Source: Eledone cirrhosa (lineage: Eukaryota). From it: a stretch of 64,000 nt of DNA. Below are positions 1-12,063 of the stretch, piece by piece. Under the pieces are notes generated by a model. It made no database searches, was not told the DNA's origin, and worked only from the letters and a program-made list of their open reading frames with translations. The number at the start of each line of letters is the position of its first letter. Position 1 is the stretch's first letter. The DNA lies in assembly GCA_964016885.1 (NCBI GenBank), contig OZ024740.1:175894001-175958000 (forward strand), read 5' to 3'. Both the position numbers and the translations under genes were made by a program.

Positions 1-38
1 AAAAACTGGAGCCGGTAAGAAGCGTGGTTCACCTTCAG
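1..38 (-). mobile_element. 5' terminus of a further Tx1-clade element continuing left of the window
   Basis: aaaaactggagccggtaagaagcgtggttcacc resembles the 5' termini of elements A (aaaaagactggaggcgataagaagcgtggcttcacc, ~5965-6000) and D (~21301-21336); abuts (AAT)n. Confidence 0.75.
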
Positions 39-84
39 TAATAATAATAATAATAATAATAATAGTAATAATAATAATAATAAT
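39..84. repeat. (AAT)n microsatellite spacer between Tx1 copies; equivalent spacers at 6007-6036, 12006-12062, 15213-15260, 15782-15820, 16075-16110, 21345-21412
   Basis: Direct reading of AAT triplet runs at every element junction. Confidence 0.97.
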
Positions 85-387
85 GATTTCGTTATTGGCC
101 ACAAGGGCTGACATCAAGAAAAACATTACAGACGGCACAGGATGGTACCGGACAGTACGATGTGGGTTTTGTGCGTGTAAATATTTTTATTATTTATATA
201 AGAAAAGAAAAAAAAGGACATAGAAACATATATATATATAAACAATAAAAATGAAAATTGAAACAATGTAAAATTCCCCAATAGGGGGAAACCTCCGAGG
301 GTTACTCGTGGCGAAAACCATACAAAAGACCACGGCCACCCTGACCACCAGGGCAAGCGCCCTCTCTCAATTTTTCCATTTCCCAAA

Positions 388-3300
388 CTACAGACGTATA
401 TTCAGAGCGGTCCCGTTCACTCGAACCATACTCGCTACATTCACCCACCTTTCAACAAACTTGCTAGAAGGCAGCACTTGCCTCTCCACCCTGATTTTCC
501 TCTTCAAGTGAAACTTGAAAAAGTTAATCAGGGATTCGCTGAAGAGAAAAATGTCTGTCTTTAACGCTTTTAACCTTGTCCACCACACAATCTCTTTCGC
601 CATGGCCACCAGGCAGATGAAAACCGCCTGCTCTTTCTCCTCGAAGGAAGACGGCGAGACCATCTGCACAATGGACTCAGTCGATAACCGGATCAGTCCT
701 ACACGCGACAGCAACTGTTCGACATAGCTCCACAAGTCAGCAATGTTCGGGCACTGAACGAGTGCATGCACGACGGTTTCGTCGCTCTGCGCGAATCACT
801 TCCGTGCCTGTAGAGCTAATCTCGAATCGGCAGCGCACCCCGGTAGCACTGCCAGGCAGGAATTTTTGGAAGTTATCGATAGGCCCCGGGCTGAAAGTTC
901 TCCGGAAGAGAGCAAACAGCTGATCTTCTTCGACGCCCAGGATCTCTCCGAGAATGTCGTCGCTCTTACCCTCCACTAGTCCTCTATAGAACGCCGAGGT
1001 GGATGTTCCACCGATGCTGGTGCCCAGCTGGCAGAGGGCAGTGAGCGTCTGGAGACATTCCAGTTTCCAAGCGCTATCCCTCGGTCTTTTTCTGACCCAG
1101 GACTGCAGCTCCGTCAAGGAGACGAGCTGTGGGACAACGTGCCTGGCGAACGGCGACCACACCTGTTCACCGTCAAGGAAGCACCAGAGATGTCGCAGCC
1201 TCAGCGCATGTTTGCGCATCATCAGCCATGGCATGCCCAGTCCTCCACGCAACGGGTGTTGACAGCAGATGGATCGTCTGACCATGGGAGCGCGTCCCTT
1301 CCACAAAAGGCTGAAGAGGAGGCGCTCCATTTTGGTGGGAGTTGGGCTGGAGCAAGGGATGACGGTGAGGCGGTAGCAGATGACGGATGCGATGTACGCA
1401 TTCGCCACCTCCGCGCGGCCTTTCAGGGACAGCTTCCACTCGGCCCATTTCTGAGTGAGGGAGGCCACCCTGCTCGTCACCTCGTTCCAGTTTTTCTCCA
1501 TCTGGAGGTCCGGTCCGAACCAGACCCCGAGCAATTTAACCGGTCCGTCCGTCCAACACCCGACGACGCTGTCGGACGGCATGGACTTGCCTCTCCAGGT
1601 GCCTAGCTGCAAGGCCACCGACTTTTCCTGGTTTATCTTTGCTCCTGTCACCGCTTCGTATTCCTTGAGAGCGGTGCCGAGCATCTGGACGTGTCTGGTG
1701 CTCGACACCACCAAGGTGACGTCGTCGGCGTAAGCCGACTCGGATTTCCCGCATCCTAGTTCGCGTAGGACGCCCCTCATCGCCCCCAGTTTGTGCAGTA
1801 ACGGCTCGAGAGCCAATACGTACAAGAGGGACGAGAGGGGACAACCCAGGCGGACTGAGCGCATGATCCTGAACGGCTGCAACAGGTGACCGTTCACCCT
1901 CACAACTGAGCAGATGTTGCTGTACATCGCTGCGATCCAACCCCTGAAAACGGGCCCGAAAACGACTGCCTCGAGGACAGCCGCCAGGTACCGATAGTCG
2001 ACCCTATCGAATGCTTTGGATTGATCCAAGTTGATCTGGGCCCCACCCGTGCGAGGTTCCTTAACCACCCTCTCTATGATGTATTGCATGAGATGGAGGT
2101 TGTCGTGTATGGATCTGTCCGGAATGGCGCATGTCTGCGCCTCTCCCACCAGACACTTGACGACAAGCGCCAACCTCGTTGCTAACACCTTGGCCAAAAT
2201 CTTGAACTCTGCGTTTAGCAAGGTTATGTGGCTGACATTATTGATAACATCCCCATTGATCGGGTCTTTTCTCAGCAGCACCACCGCTCCCCGGCTCACA
2301 AAACTGGGAATGTTCCCATTCTGCTGCCAGTTGCAGTAGACGTCTGCCAAGAGGTCACCGATCAAGTCTGGCATAAATGCATAAAGCTCGTAGGGCAGAC
2401 CATCCAAACCTGGCGATTTACTCCTTGTGCAGTTAGCCATCGCTTTCCGTATTTCACCGGCTGTTATTGGCTTTTCGCAACACTGTGCTGCGGTCGTCGA
2501 GAGCCGAGGCAGTCCGTCGAGGTATGCACTGTAGTCCATGCCCCGATCCGGGCCGCCGCTGCTCCCGAACAGTTCAGCAAAGTGCTGCTGAAAAGCTTCA
2601 CACATCCGCTCAGGTTCGAGCATCACGCACCCGTTTTGGTCAGACAAAGACTGAATTGTGGCTTTGTTACCACGTCGCGCCTCTGCCACCCGGGCCCATT
2701 GGACGGCTTTTGTCCCCTCGTGTTTCAGAGCACGCGCTCTAACTCTGACAACGCAGCCTTTGTGTTTTGCGTTGAAGAATTGGTCGAGTGCCAATCTCGC
2801 CGCAAGCACGTCGGTTGCGATGCCTGTCCTAAACGCCTCTTCTAGCTTTCTGACTAGCTCTCCCTCTACTCTTTTTTCCTCTATCACTACTCCTTTGCTA
2901 AACCTAATCGACTCTACTTTAATTGCCCTTTTCAGGGCGAACCACCCCCTGTTGTTGATGACCGCTCCCGTCAACGCCCGCTTGACTAATACGCTAATCC
3001 GGTCTCTGTAGGCTTTTCGCGCCGGGAAAGACGCATTCAGCTTCCAGTAACCAGGCCCTTGTCTATGAAGTCAGTCTATGTCGATCTCACAGATCACAAA
3101 TTTGTGGTCTGTGTAGTCGACTATTTTAAATTGTGGACAACTTATACTAGCCTTATCTAGTTCTCTGCAGAAAACCCTATCGAGATACGATCTGGATGAC
3201 CCGATGCGGTTTGTCCATGTCCACATTGGCACATTCGGGTGATCCAGTCGATACCTGTCAGACAGTTCAAAACGCCTGAGCAGGTTGGTGAGGCTCTTGC

Positions 3301-3781
3301 ACCCTCCTCCCCTATCCGCTAATCCCACACAGTCCCAGCGTGCATCTAAGATCCCGTTCAGTTGCCCACTAACACTAAAGAGCGGGACGTTCCAAGAAAG
3401 GTCTCTAGACGCCTGAAGAAATCTGGCCGTCCTGACCTATTAGGGTCTAGACGGCTACTAGCCTGAAAGCATTGCCTTCGCTGCCCCTCACGTCCAGCAC
3501 CACCGACTTACCTTCTTGGTCTAGGAAGATGGCCCGTATGGCGAGATCCAAGCCTTTCCGAAAAAGGACGGCAACCCCTCCCTCGATCCTGGACGGTTGG
3601 GAGATGCGTATACATCGTAGCCGCCGAAGATCGGTGCGAAGGATTGTGCTTCGGAGATTCTGGTCTCACTGATGGCCACCACATCTATGTTTAGTGACCT
3701 GAGGTCGTTGAGCAGGTGACCCTGCTTCCAAGATGACCCCAGGCCACGTGCATTTATACTGCCTATTCTGAGTACGGCCAT
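388..3781 (-). pseudogene. Tx1 copy A ORF2 (APE endonuclease - reverse transcriptase - zinc finger), frameshifted
   Basis: SINARGL...VAISETR (APE), YTDHK, KSPGLDGLPYE, NLDQSKAFDRV, GCPLSSLLY, AYADDVT, HALVQC across ORFs 3521-3817, 3071-3328, 737-2974, 388-771. Confidence 0.92.
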
Positions 3782-3813
3782 GTTGAATGAGAAACGGGGC
3801 AAGTGAGAAAGGG

Positions 3814-5787
3814 TCACTTACCTTGATCGTGTGGTGAAGGGACAGTAGAACCGTCCCTTTCGCTGGTCATGGGTGTTTCCAAGAGGATGTCAGTGTATAT
3901 CCTCTTGGTAACCGTACCTCTGAAGTCTCCAACTGCGTTGGGGAATTTTTGTTTTAAAAGTTTGTATTGTTCTATTGAGATTTCGATGATGCTTATGTTT
4001 GTCGGGAGAGTTCTTGGTGTTGGTGGGGTGTAGTAGTTTTTTCCTGTGATGTCTGTGTGCTGCTTTATATATTTTATGAGTTCTTTTTTTGCCATGTTTA
4101 TGGCTGTGTTCTTTTTGGGGGAGGGATGATTTTGTTGCTGTTTTTCTTCTTGTTGCTGTTTGGTGTGTGTGTCTTGCTTTGTTTGCGTTGTTGGTGATGC
4201 TGGTGGTGGTGTGGTTGTTGCTGTCAGTGGTGCTTGTGGTGGTGATGGTGGTGGTGTTGCTGCAAGTTCCTTGCTGCCTTTACCCCTCTTTGTATGCCTT
4301 CGCTTTTGGAGGGTGAATCTAAGGGTTTTTTTTCTTTTTTCTTTTTTGTGGCAGACCGTTTGCCACTTCAATCCCGCCTCAAACTCCATATCGGATTCTG
4401 TGGCGTCTGGGAGGGGTATGTGCTCCACGGCTGTTGGTGGTTGTAGAGGAGCCATCTTCGGCAATTTTGTTGTTGGTGTAGCTACTTCAAATGTAGCTAT
4501 TGGTGTTGCCGACACTGATAATGCTGCTTTAGTTGTCCGTGGCCTTGGTACGGGGGCTACGGACGTTGCTCTCCTACTCACCGTGGAAAGGGCTTCTGCG
4601 TTTGTTGCCTGCCCTGCTCTTGGTAGCAGCGGACCAGGTATTGGAAGGAGAGGGGCTCTTCTTCGCTGTCTTCTGTGGGCAAAAGGCCCTGAGGTGACCT
4701 TTCAACCCACGGAGATAACATTTTGGCCGTCTTCCTTCTACACTTATAGGGAGTTGGAGTCCTTCCTCGATGTCTATGATATCGGGGATAACCTCGATAC
4801 ATTCCTGGTCAGTTTGTACAAAGCATTTGCATGCCTATACCTGACCAGTTCTCTCTCCCTATTTTTTCTACTTGCAGCATGGTCGCCCTGTTCTCGCTTC
4901 CAGCAAGGACAGACACGGCCAGCCAAGGTATGGGCACGTCGGGTGGGACCTGGGTCACTTTGACCATCACAATTTTCTGCCCGCAGTAGGATGGCACCAA
5001 GACTGTCTCCTCACTCTTTAGGGTTTCCAAAGAGTGAGACTTTGCTTCCTGTGGGGTGGCGAAATGTACGTCTACTGTGGCGTACCTACTGCCTCGGGTG
5101 ATGGGGGTTTTGCGTGCCCAGACGCACCCCAAGGCCTTTTTGATTTAAGCCTCCGTGGCTCTCTCCACCCGATGTGAGATTTTGCTTACGGTGCGGTAAG
5201 TCTCGTCCGTAGCTGCTGGTCCTTAAAAAAATCGGGTGGAGTTTTCAGGGAAACTCTATTTGCGCTTCTTGTCACCATGGCCCTTGCAACTGCCATCTCC
5301 TCCTCTGTGACTAACACGGTTTCTATATTTCGGGCGACACCTGCAAAAGAAGTGGTCTCTTTTTCAGTAGCACCACTATTGCTGCCGCTACTGGTCTTAC
5401 TGGTGGTGCTGAGATCGCTATTACAGGTATCGGTATCATTGTTGATGTTTTCGTTGGTACAGTTTTTGGTGTTGTTGTTGTTTTCGTTGATACTATTGCT
5501 GTTGTTACTGTTATTGTGGCTGTTGTTATTATTGTTGTTTTTGTTGATACTGTTCCTACTATTATTGTTGTTGTGGCTGTTGTTATTGTCATTGTTATTG
5601 TCGTTCTCGACCTTACCGCTGTTATTTTTGTTATTGTCGTTCTCGATTTTACCGCTGTTATTTTTGTTGTTGCTGTTGTTATTGATGGTGTTGTTGTTGG
5701 TGTTGTTGTTGGTGTTGTTGTTGGTGTTGTTTGTGTTAGAAATATTTGTTAATTTTAAATCTGTAACAATCTTCTTGTGTTATCCAT
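3814..5787 (-). pseudogene. Tx1 copy A ORF1 (Asn-rich N-terminus, RRM-like region, degenerate zinc knuckle, Pro/Thr-rich linker), frameshifted
   Basis: Fragments 4809-5132 (YATVDVHF...VKVTQVPPDV) and 3814-4581 lie upstream of ORF2; homologous to ORF1 of copies B and D. Confidence 0.82.
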
Positions 5788-6006
5788 GTTGAAATTTTTT
5801 CCAAAAAATATTTTTACACAAATACGAATACGACACCCCGTAAAGGGGTGCCTTATTATTTACGTGTGCACCCCTGTATTAGGTGGGTCACTTCTTCTAA
5901 ACTTTTATCAAATTTAAAACTCGAATGAAAGGTTTAGAACGGTTGAAAACGAGGTAAAACGTTGAAAAAGACTGGAGGCGATAAGAAGCGTGGCTTCACC
6001 AACAAC

Positions 6007-6037
<31 letters not shown>

Positions 6038-6287
6038 CTCTCTTTATTAACCACAAGGGTTTACACAAAGTAGACATTAAGGACAGTACAGAACAATACA
6101 GGACGGTACAAAAGGGCATTTCTGCGTGTAAAAAAAACCCCAAAAGAGGATGTAATAATAGAACAATGAAAAAATTCCCCAATGGGGGGGAGACTTCCGA
6201 AGGACATTCGTGGAGAAAGCCCATTAAAAAGCCACAGTGACCCTGACCACCAGGGCAAGTGCCCTCTCCCAGTTTTCCACCTTTAAT

Positions 6288-9200
6288 TTACAGACACATA
6301 CTCAGAGTAGGCCCATTCACTCGGGCCATTCTTGCCTCTCTCACCCATCTTTCAATAAAATGTTGGGAAGAGAGCACTTCCCTCTCTACCCTGATTTTCC
6401 TTTTCAAATGAAATTTGAAAAAGTCAATCAGGGCATCACCGAAGAGATAAGTGCTCGTCTTCAGCCCTTTCAAACGTGTCCACCATACTATCTCTTTCGC
6501 CATGGCCACCAGACAGATAAAAACTGCCTGCCCTTCCCGGCTAAAGGAAGAGGGCGGGACAATTCTCACGATGGACCCAGTTGATAGCTGGATCCGTCCT
6601 ACACACGACAGCAGGTGTTCGACATAAACACACAAGTCAGCAATGCTCGGACACTGGACGAGTGCGTGCAGGACGGTTTCGTCGCCCTGCGCGCATCTCG
6701 GACAAGCCCGGATGACGGCACCTCCATGACTGTAGAATTTATCCCGAACTGGAAAAGCTCCTTGGTAGCATTGCCAGGCCAGGGATTTCTGGAAGTTGTC
6801 CATAGTCCCTGGCCCGAAAGTTCTTCCGAAGAGATTGGCTAGTTGATTTTCGTCGACGCCTAGAGTTTCCCCAAGTACGTCGTCGCTTTTCCCCTCCACT
6901 AATCCTCTATAGAACGCCAAGGTGGAGTTTCCACCGATCATATTGCCCGATTGGTCGAGGGCTGTGAGCGCCTGAAGAGATTCCAGTCTCCAAGCGCCCC
7001 CTCTCGGTCTTCGCTTGACCCAGGACTGCAGCTCCGTCAAGGAAACGAGCTGGGGAAAGACGCGTCTAGCAAACAGCGACCACACCTGATCACTGTCGAG
7101 GAAGAGATGTCGTAGCCTGAACGCGTGTCTGCGCATTATCAGCCACGGCATGCCCAGCCCTCCACGTAGCGGGTGTTGACAGCAGATGGACCGCCTGACC
7201 ATCGGAGCGCGTCCCTTCCACAAAAAGCGAAAGAGCAAACGCTCCAGCGCAGTCAGGCGGGGCTTAGGACAAGGTACGACAGTCAGGCGGTAGTAGATGA
7301 TGGACGCGATGTACGCGTTAGCCACCTCCGCTCGACCTTTCAGGGATAGCTTCCTCTCAGCCCATTTCTGGGTGAGAGAAGCCACCCTACTCGTCACCTC
7401 GTCCCAGTTATTGTCCGTCTGGAGGTCCGGACCGAACCAGACCCATAGCAATTTAACCGGTCCGTCCGTCCAGCGTCCGATGACGCTGTTGGACGGCATG
7501 GACCTGCCTCTCCAGGTGCCGAGCTGCAGGCCCACTGACTTTTCCTGGTTGATCATTGCTCCTGTCACCGCTTCGTATTCTCTTAGTGTAGTGCCGATCG
7601 CCTCGATGTGTTTGGCGTTCGACACCACTACGGTGACATCGTCCGCATATGCTGACACGGATCTTCCGCATCCTAGTTCGCGCGGGATACCCCTCAACGT
7701 CTCCAGTTTGTGCAGTAATGGCTCGAGAGTCAATACGTACAAGAGGGACGAGAGGGGACATCCTTGGCGGACCGAGCGCATGATGTTGAACGGTTCCGAA
7801 AGGTGACCGTTCACTCTCACCACAGAGCAGATGGCGCTGTGCATGGCAGCGATCCAGCCTCTGAAGACGGGCCCAAAGCCAGCCGCCCTCAGGACTGCCG
7901 CTAGGTAACGATGGTCGACCCTATCGAAAGCTTTCGACTGATCTAAATTAATCAAGAACCCCCCCCCGTGCCAGGTTCCCTAGCTACCCTCTCTACGATA
8001 TATCGCATGAGGTGGAGGTTGTCGTGGATGGATCTGTCGGGAATGGCGCATGTCTGCGCCTCTCCCACCAGACCACCAACGACAAGCGCCAACCTCTTTG
8101 CTACCACCTTGGCCAAAATCTTGAACTCTGTGTTTAGCAGAGTTATGGGCCGGAAATTATCTATGTTATCCCCCTTGTTCGGATCCTTTATCAGCAGCGC
8201 CACCGCTCTTCGGCTCACAGCGATGGGAATTCTCCCGTTCTGTTGCCAGTTGCAGTAGACGTCGGCCAAGAGGCCTCCGACCAAGTTTGGCATCTGTACG
8301 TAAAGTTCATAGGGCAGTCCATCCAAACCAAGCGATTTACCCCTTGTGCAGCCAGTCATTGCCTCCCGTACTTCAGCGGCTGTTATCGGCTTTTCGCAAC
8401 ACTCCGCCTCAGTGGCCGAGAGCCGCGGCAGTCCGTCGAGGTAGACACTAAAGTCCATCCCTCGAACCGGCCCGCCGCTGCCCCCGAACAGCTGAGCGAA
8501 GTGTCGCTGAAAAGCTTCACACATTTTCCCGGGATCGAGTAGAAGGCGCCCGTCGTGGTCCACCAAAGACCGCATCGTGGCTTTGTTGCCACGACGCGCC
8601 TCCGCCACTCGGGCCCATTGAACGGCTTTCGTCCCCTCGTGTCTGAGAGCACGCAACCTAGCTCTGACAACGCAGCCTTCGTGCTTTGCATTGAAGAATT
8701 GGTCATGGGCCAATTTCGCCGCAAGTACGTCGGTCGCGATGCCTTTGCTAAGCGCCTCGTCTAATTTTCTGACTAGTTCTCCCTCTGCTCTAATTTTCTC
8801 TATTTCTAAAGCCTTACTAAACCTAATGGACTCTATTCTAATCGCTCTTTTCAGAGAAACCACCACTTGTTGACGATGGCCCCCGTCAACGCCCGCTTAA
8901 CTAGTTCGCTAATCCGGTCTCTGTAGGCCTTGCATGCTGGTAAGGACGCGTTTAGCTTCAGTAGCCGGGTCCTCGTCTATGAAGCCTATCTAAGTCAAGC
9001 ACACAGATCACGAATTTGTGGTCCGTGTAGCTGACTATCTTGAATTGTGGACAGCCTATGCTAGACCTATCTATTTCCCTACAAAATACTCTATCTAGAT
9101 TTGATCTGGATGACCCTATGCGATTTGTCCAAGTCCACATTGGTACATTCGAGAAATCCAATCGGTACCTGTCAGACAGTTCAAAACGCCTGAGCAGGTT

Positions 9201-9700
9201 GGTGAGGCTCTTGCACCCTCCTCCCATATCCGCTAATCCCACACAGTCCCAGCGTGCATCTAAGATCCCGTTCAGTCGCCCACTAACACTAAAGAGCGGG
9301 ACGTTCCAAGAAAGGTCTCTAGAGGCCGGAAGAAATCGGGTCGCCCTGCTCCTGTCGGGGCATAGACGGCCACTAGCCTGAAAGCTTGGCCGTCTCCGCT
9401 GGTCACGTCCAGCACCACCAACTTACCTTCTGGGTCCAGGAAGATGGCCCGTATGGCGAGATCCAAACCTCTCCGAAAAAGGATGGCAACCCCTCCCCCC
9501 CCCGATCCAGGACGGCTGGGAGATGCGTACACATCGTAGCCGCCGAAGATCGGTGCGAAAGCCCATGCTTCGGAGATTCTGGTCTCGCTGATGGCCACTA
9601 CATCTATGTTTAGTGACCTGAGGTCGTTGAGCAGGTGGCCCTGCTTCCATGACGACCCCAAGCCACGCGCATTTATGCTGCCTATTCTGAGTGAGATCAT
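6288..9700 (-). pseudogene. Tx1 copy B ORF2 (APE-RT-CCHC finger), frameshifted
   Basis: MISLRIGSINARGL, VYAP, LVLVGD, NFRPITLLN, QGCPLS, AYADDV, CPRCAQGDETVLHALVQC. Confidence 0.93.
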
Positions 9701-9734
9701 GTTGAAATGGAGTGGAAAAGATGGGAAACACCAC

Positions 9735-11795
9735 TTACCTTACTTCTCGTAGAGGAAGGATGGTTTCTCCATCCTTTTCACTGCTTCTGGCCTCCTCCGG
9801 AAGGATGTCCTTATAAATCCTCCTGGAGAGTGCTTGGCGGAAGTCTCCGATGTCTTTGTTTTTTTTTGTTTTAGTGTCGTGTACGTTTTCTGTGTGATGC
9901 GAGTGATTTGTATGTGTGGAGGTGGTGTGAACTTTTGGGTTGTTGTGTAGTCTTTTTCTGTGATACTGGTGTTGTGTTGGATGTAGTGTAATAATTGGTT
10001 GTTGTTCAAATTTAATTGTTCCTACATTTGGCACAAGGCCAGCAATTACGCAGTGCATTACTGGTACTTTATTCTATCGACCCCGGAAGAATGAAAGGCA
10101 GAGTTAACCACGGCGTTCAAATTCCATGCTGTGTAGTGTGTATCGTTTTGGTTGTTTTGTTTTGTTTGCGTTTGTTGTGGGTTTGTTTCTGTTTCGCTTT
10201 TTGGTGACTTTTGTGGTGTTGGTGATGGTGGTGTTGGGGTTAATGATGGTGATGGTGTTGGTGTTTGTGGTGATGGAGTTGGTGATGCTGGTGTGAATGG
10301 TGGCATAGCTGTTCTAACTTTTTTGTTTGATAGTTTATTTGTTTCCCTGTGTATTTTGTTTTTGGAGGGGGAAGGAAGGGTATTTTTTCTTTTTTGGCTC
10401 CTTTTTCTTTTTTTCTTTTTTCCTGATACCGTTTCCCACTCCTCGTCATCACAATCTGTCTCCAGTTGCGATAGGTCGGGGAGTGGAAAATCCTCCACAG
10501 GCGTTGGTTTTGGTTGTGTCGTGGTGGATGGTGTAGGCGCTGGTGCTAGTTCTGGCGCGTAGGGTGGTGGTGGTGTTGGTTTTGCTACTGCTGCTGGGGT
10601 TGTTGCTGTTACAGTTGCTTCTGTTGTTGCTGCTACAGTTGTTGCTGCCATTTCTGCTGCTGGTGGTATTGATGGTTGAGTCACTGGTGTGGGTAAGAGA
10701 GGTGGCCTCAACCTTTTATCCTGAGGGCAGAAAGCCCTTAGGTGGGTTCCTTCACCACAAACGACACACCTAGGCCTTCTGCCCTCGACGATTACGGTGA
10801 GGTGGCTGCCGTCAGTGAGGTCTATTATCTCTGGGATCTCCTCAATGCTTTTTTGGTCTGCTTGGATCAGGAGTTCCATCCCAGATCCGGATCAGTTCTC
10901 CTGCTTTTCTTTCGCTATTTCGATTATCTTGGTTTCGATTATTTCGATGCCGGCGAGGACGGCAGCCATTAGCCAGGGAATTTCGATAGCCGGTGGAACG
11001 TGGGTCACCCTGATCTTCACGAGTCTCTGGCCACAATAGCTTAGGACGAGTGTGAAGTCGTCACTTCTTAATGAGGCCATGGAGTGTTCCCTGGCCTCCT
11101 GTGGTGTTCCAAAGAACACGTCCACGGTTGCATATTTCTGCCCACGTCTGATATGGGTTTTTTTTTGCCCACACATGTCCCAAAGCTTTTTGGATTTGGG
11201 ACTCGGATGCTCGTTCCACTCGGCGCGATTTTATGTGTTAATCGTCCGATAAGACACGGTGCATAGGCGCCGATACTCCATTTTATTAGGTGTGTGTGTG
11301 TGGGGGTGGGAAGGGGACTGACCCTGTACCCATCTTTCTTTACCATTCTCTTGGCTTCATCTAATTCCTCCGAGTTATTTGGATTGCTTCGCACTTTTTT
11401 GCTACTCTGGCAAAAGACAGGATGGTTTTCTTATTTTCATTGTTGTTGTTGCTGTTGTTGTTATCGTTATTTTTGTTATTGTTACTTGTAGTTTCAGTTG
11501 TGGTAGTAGTGGCGTCAGTGGTGTTCGGTGTGGAAGAGTCGATTTTGGGTGAATCCATTTCGATGTCACGAGATAATTTGTTTTCTTCTTTTGTTTCTGT
11601 GGTCGCTGTGGTGGGGGTGGCGGCTTCAACACCTGCAGTAATTGGTAATGGCGGGAAATGAATGTCTGCATGAGACAAATTTAAATTATTGCTACTGCTT
11701 ATATTTTTAGTGTTGGCAAATGTAGTAATATTTACAATGGTGGTGTCGGTGTGAGGTGTTAGTTTGTGAGGAAGGTGTGACTGTGAGTCGTCCAT
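9735..11795 (-). pseudogene. Tx1 copy B ORF1 with CCHC zinc knuckle, interrupted by a SINE fragment
   Basis: RPRCVVCGEGTHLRAFCP (CX2CX4HX4C); YATVDVFF RRM-like segment; C-terminus LLHYIQHNTSITEKDY homologous to copy A. Confidence 0.85.
10013..10114 (-). mobile_element. 5'-truncated SINE inserted in Tx1-B ORF1 with 9-bp TSD gttcaaatt (10004-10012 / 10115-10123)
   Basis: ggcacaaggccagcaattac...tatcgaccccggaagaatgaaaggcagagttaac matches the 3' half of the full SINEs at 32209 and 43733. Confidence 0.88.
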
Positions 11796-12005
11796 GATTT
11801 TTTCAAAGAAATTTTTGTTTGATAATTATAAAACTTTAAATTTTGGGCTCAAGGCCCCAATCTTTTTGAGTGTCCTTTTCAGAAAACAATGTATGTGCAC
11901 TTATATACAGTTAACAAAAATTTTCCATAAATGGCAATTTTAAACAACTGAAAACAACAAACATTTGCGGAACTCACGATAATACGATTCCCTATGTAGG
12001 TCGCC

Positions 12006-12062
<57 letters not shown>

Positions 12063-12063
<1 letters not shown>

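Larger units (their letters stand above)
85..6003 (-). mobile_element. Tx1-clade (L1 group) non-LTR retrotransposon, copy A, near full length, inactivated
   Basis: ORF1 + ORF2 (APE endonuclease, RT, C-terminal Cys/His finger) architecture; 3' end ...cccttgtggccaataacgaaatc(att)n; flanked by AAT tracts. Confidence 0.92.
6037..12005 (-). mobile_element. Tx1-clade retrotransposon, copy B (divergent subfamily), near full length, inactivated
   Basis: Same ORF1/ORF2 layout as A but clearly diverged, with a different 5' UTR; 3' end cccttgtggttaataaagagagc(att)n; AAT tracts on both sides. Confidence 0.92.

Noticed and set aside
5277-5792. Leu/Val-rich 'membrane protein' ORFs (also 20443-21060, 10543-10773, 11422-11661)
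   Set aside because: Antisense readings of the Asn/Thr-rich Tx1 ORF1.
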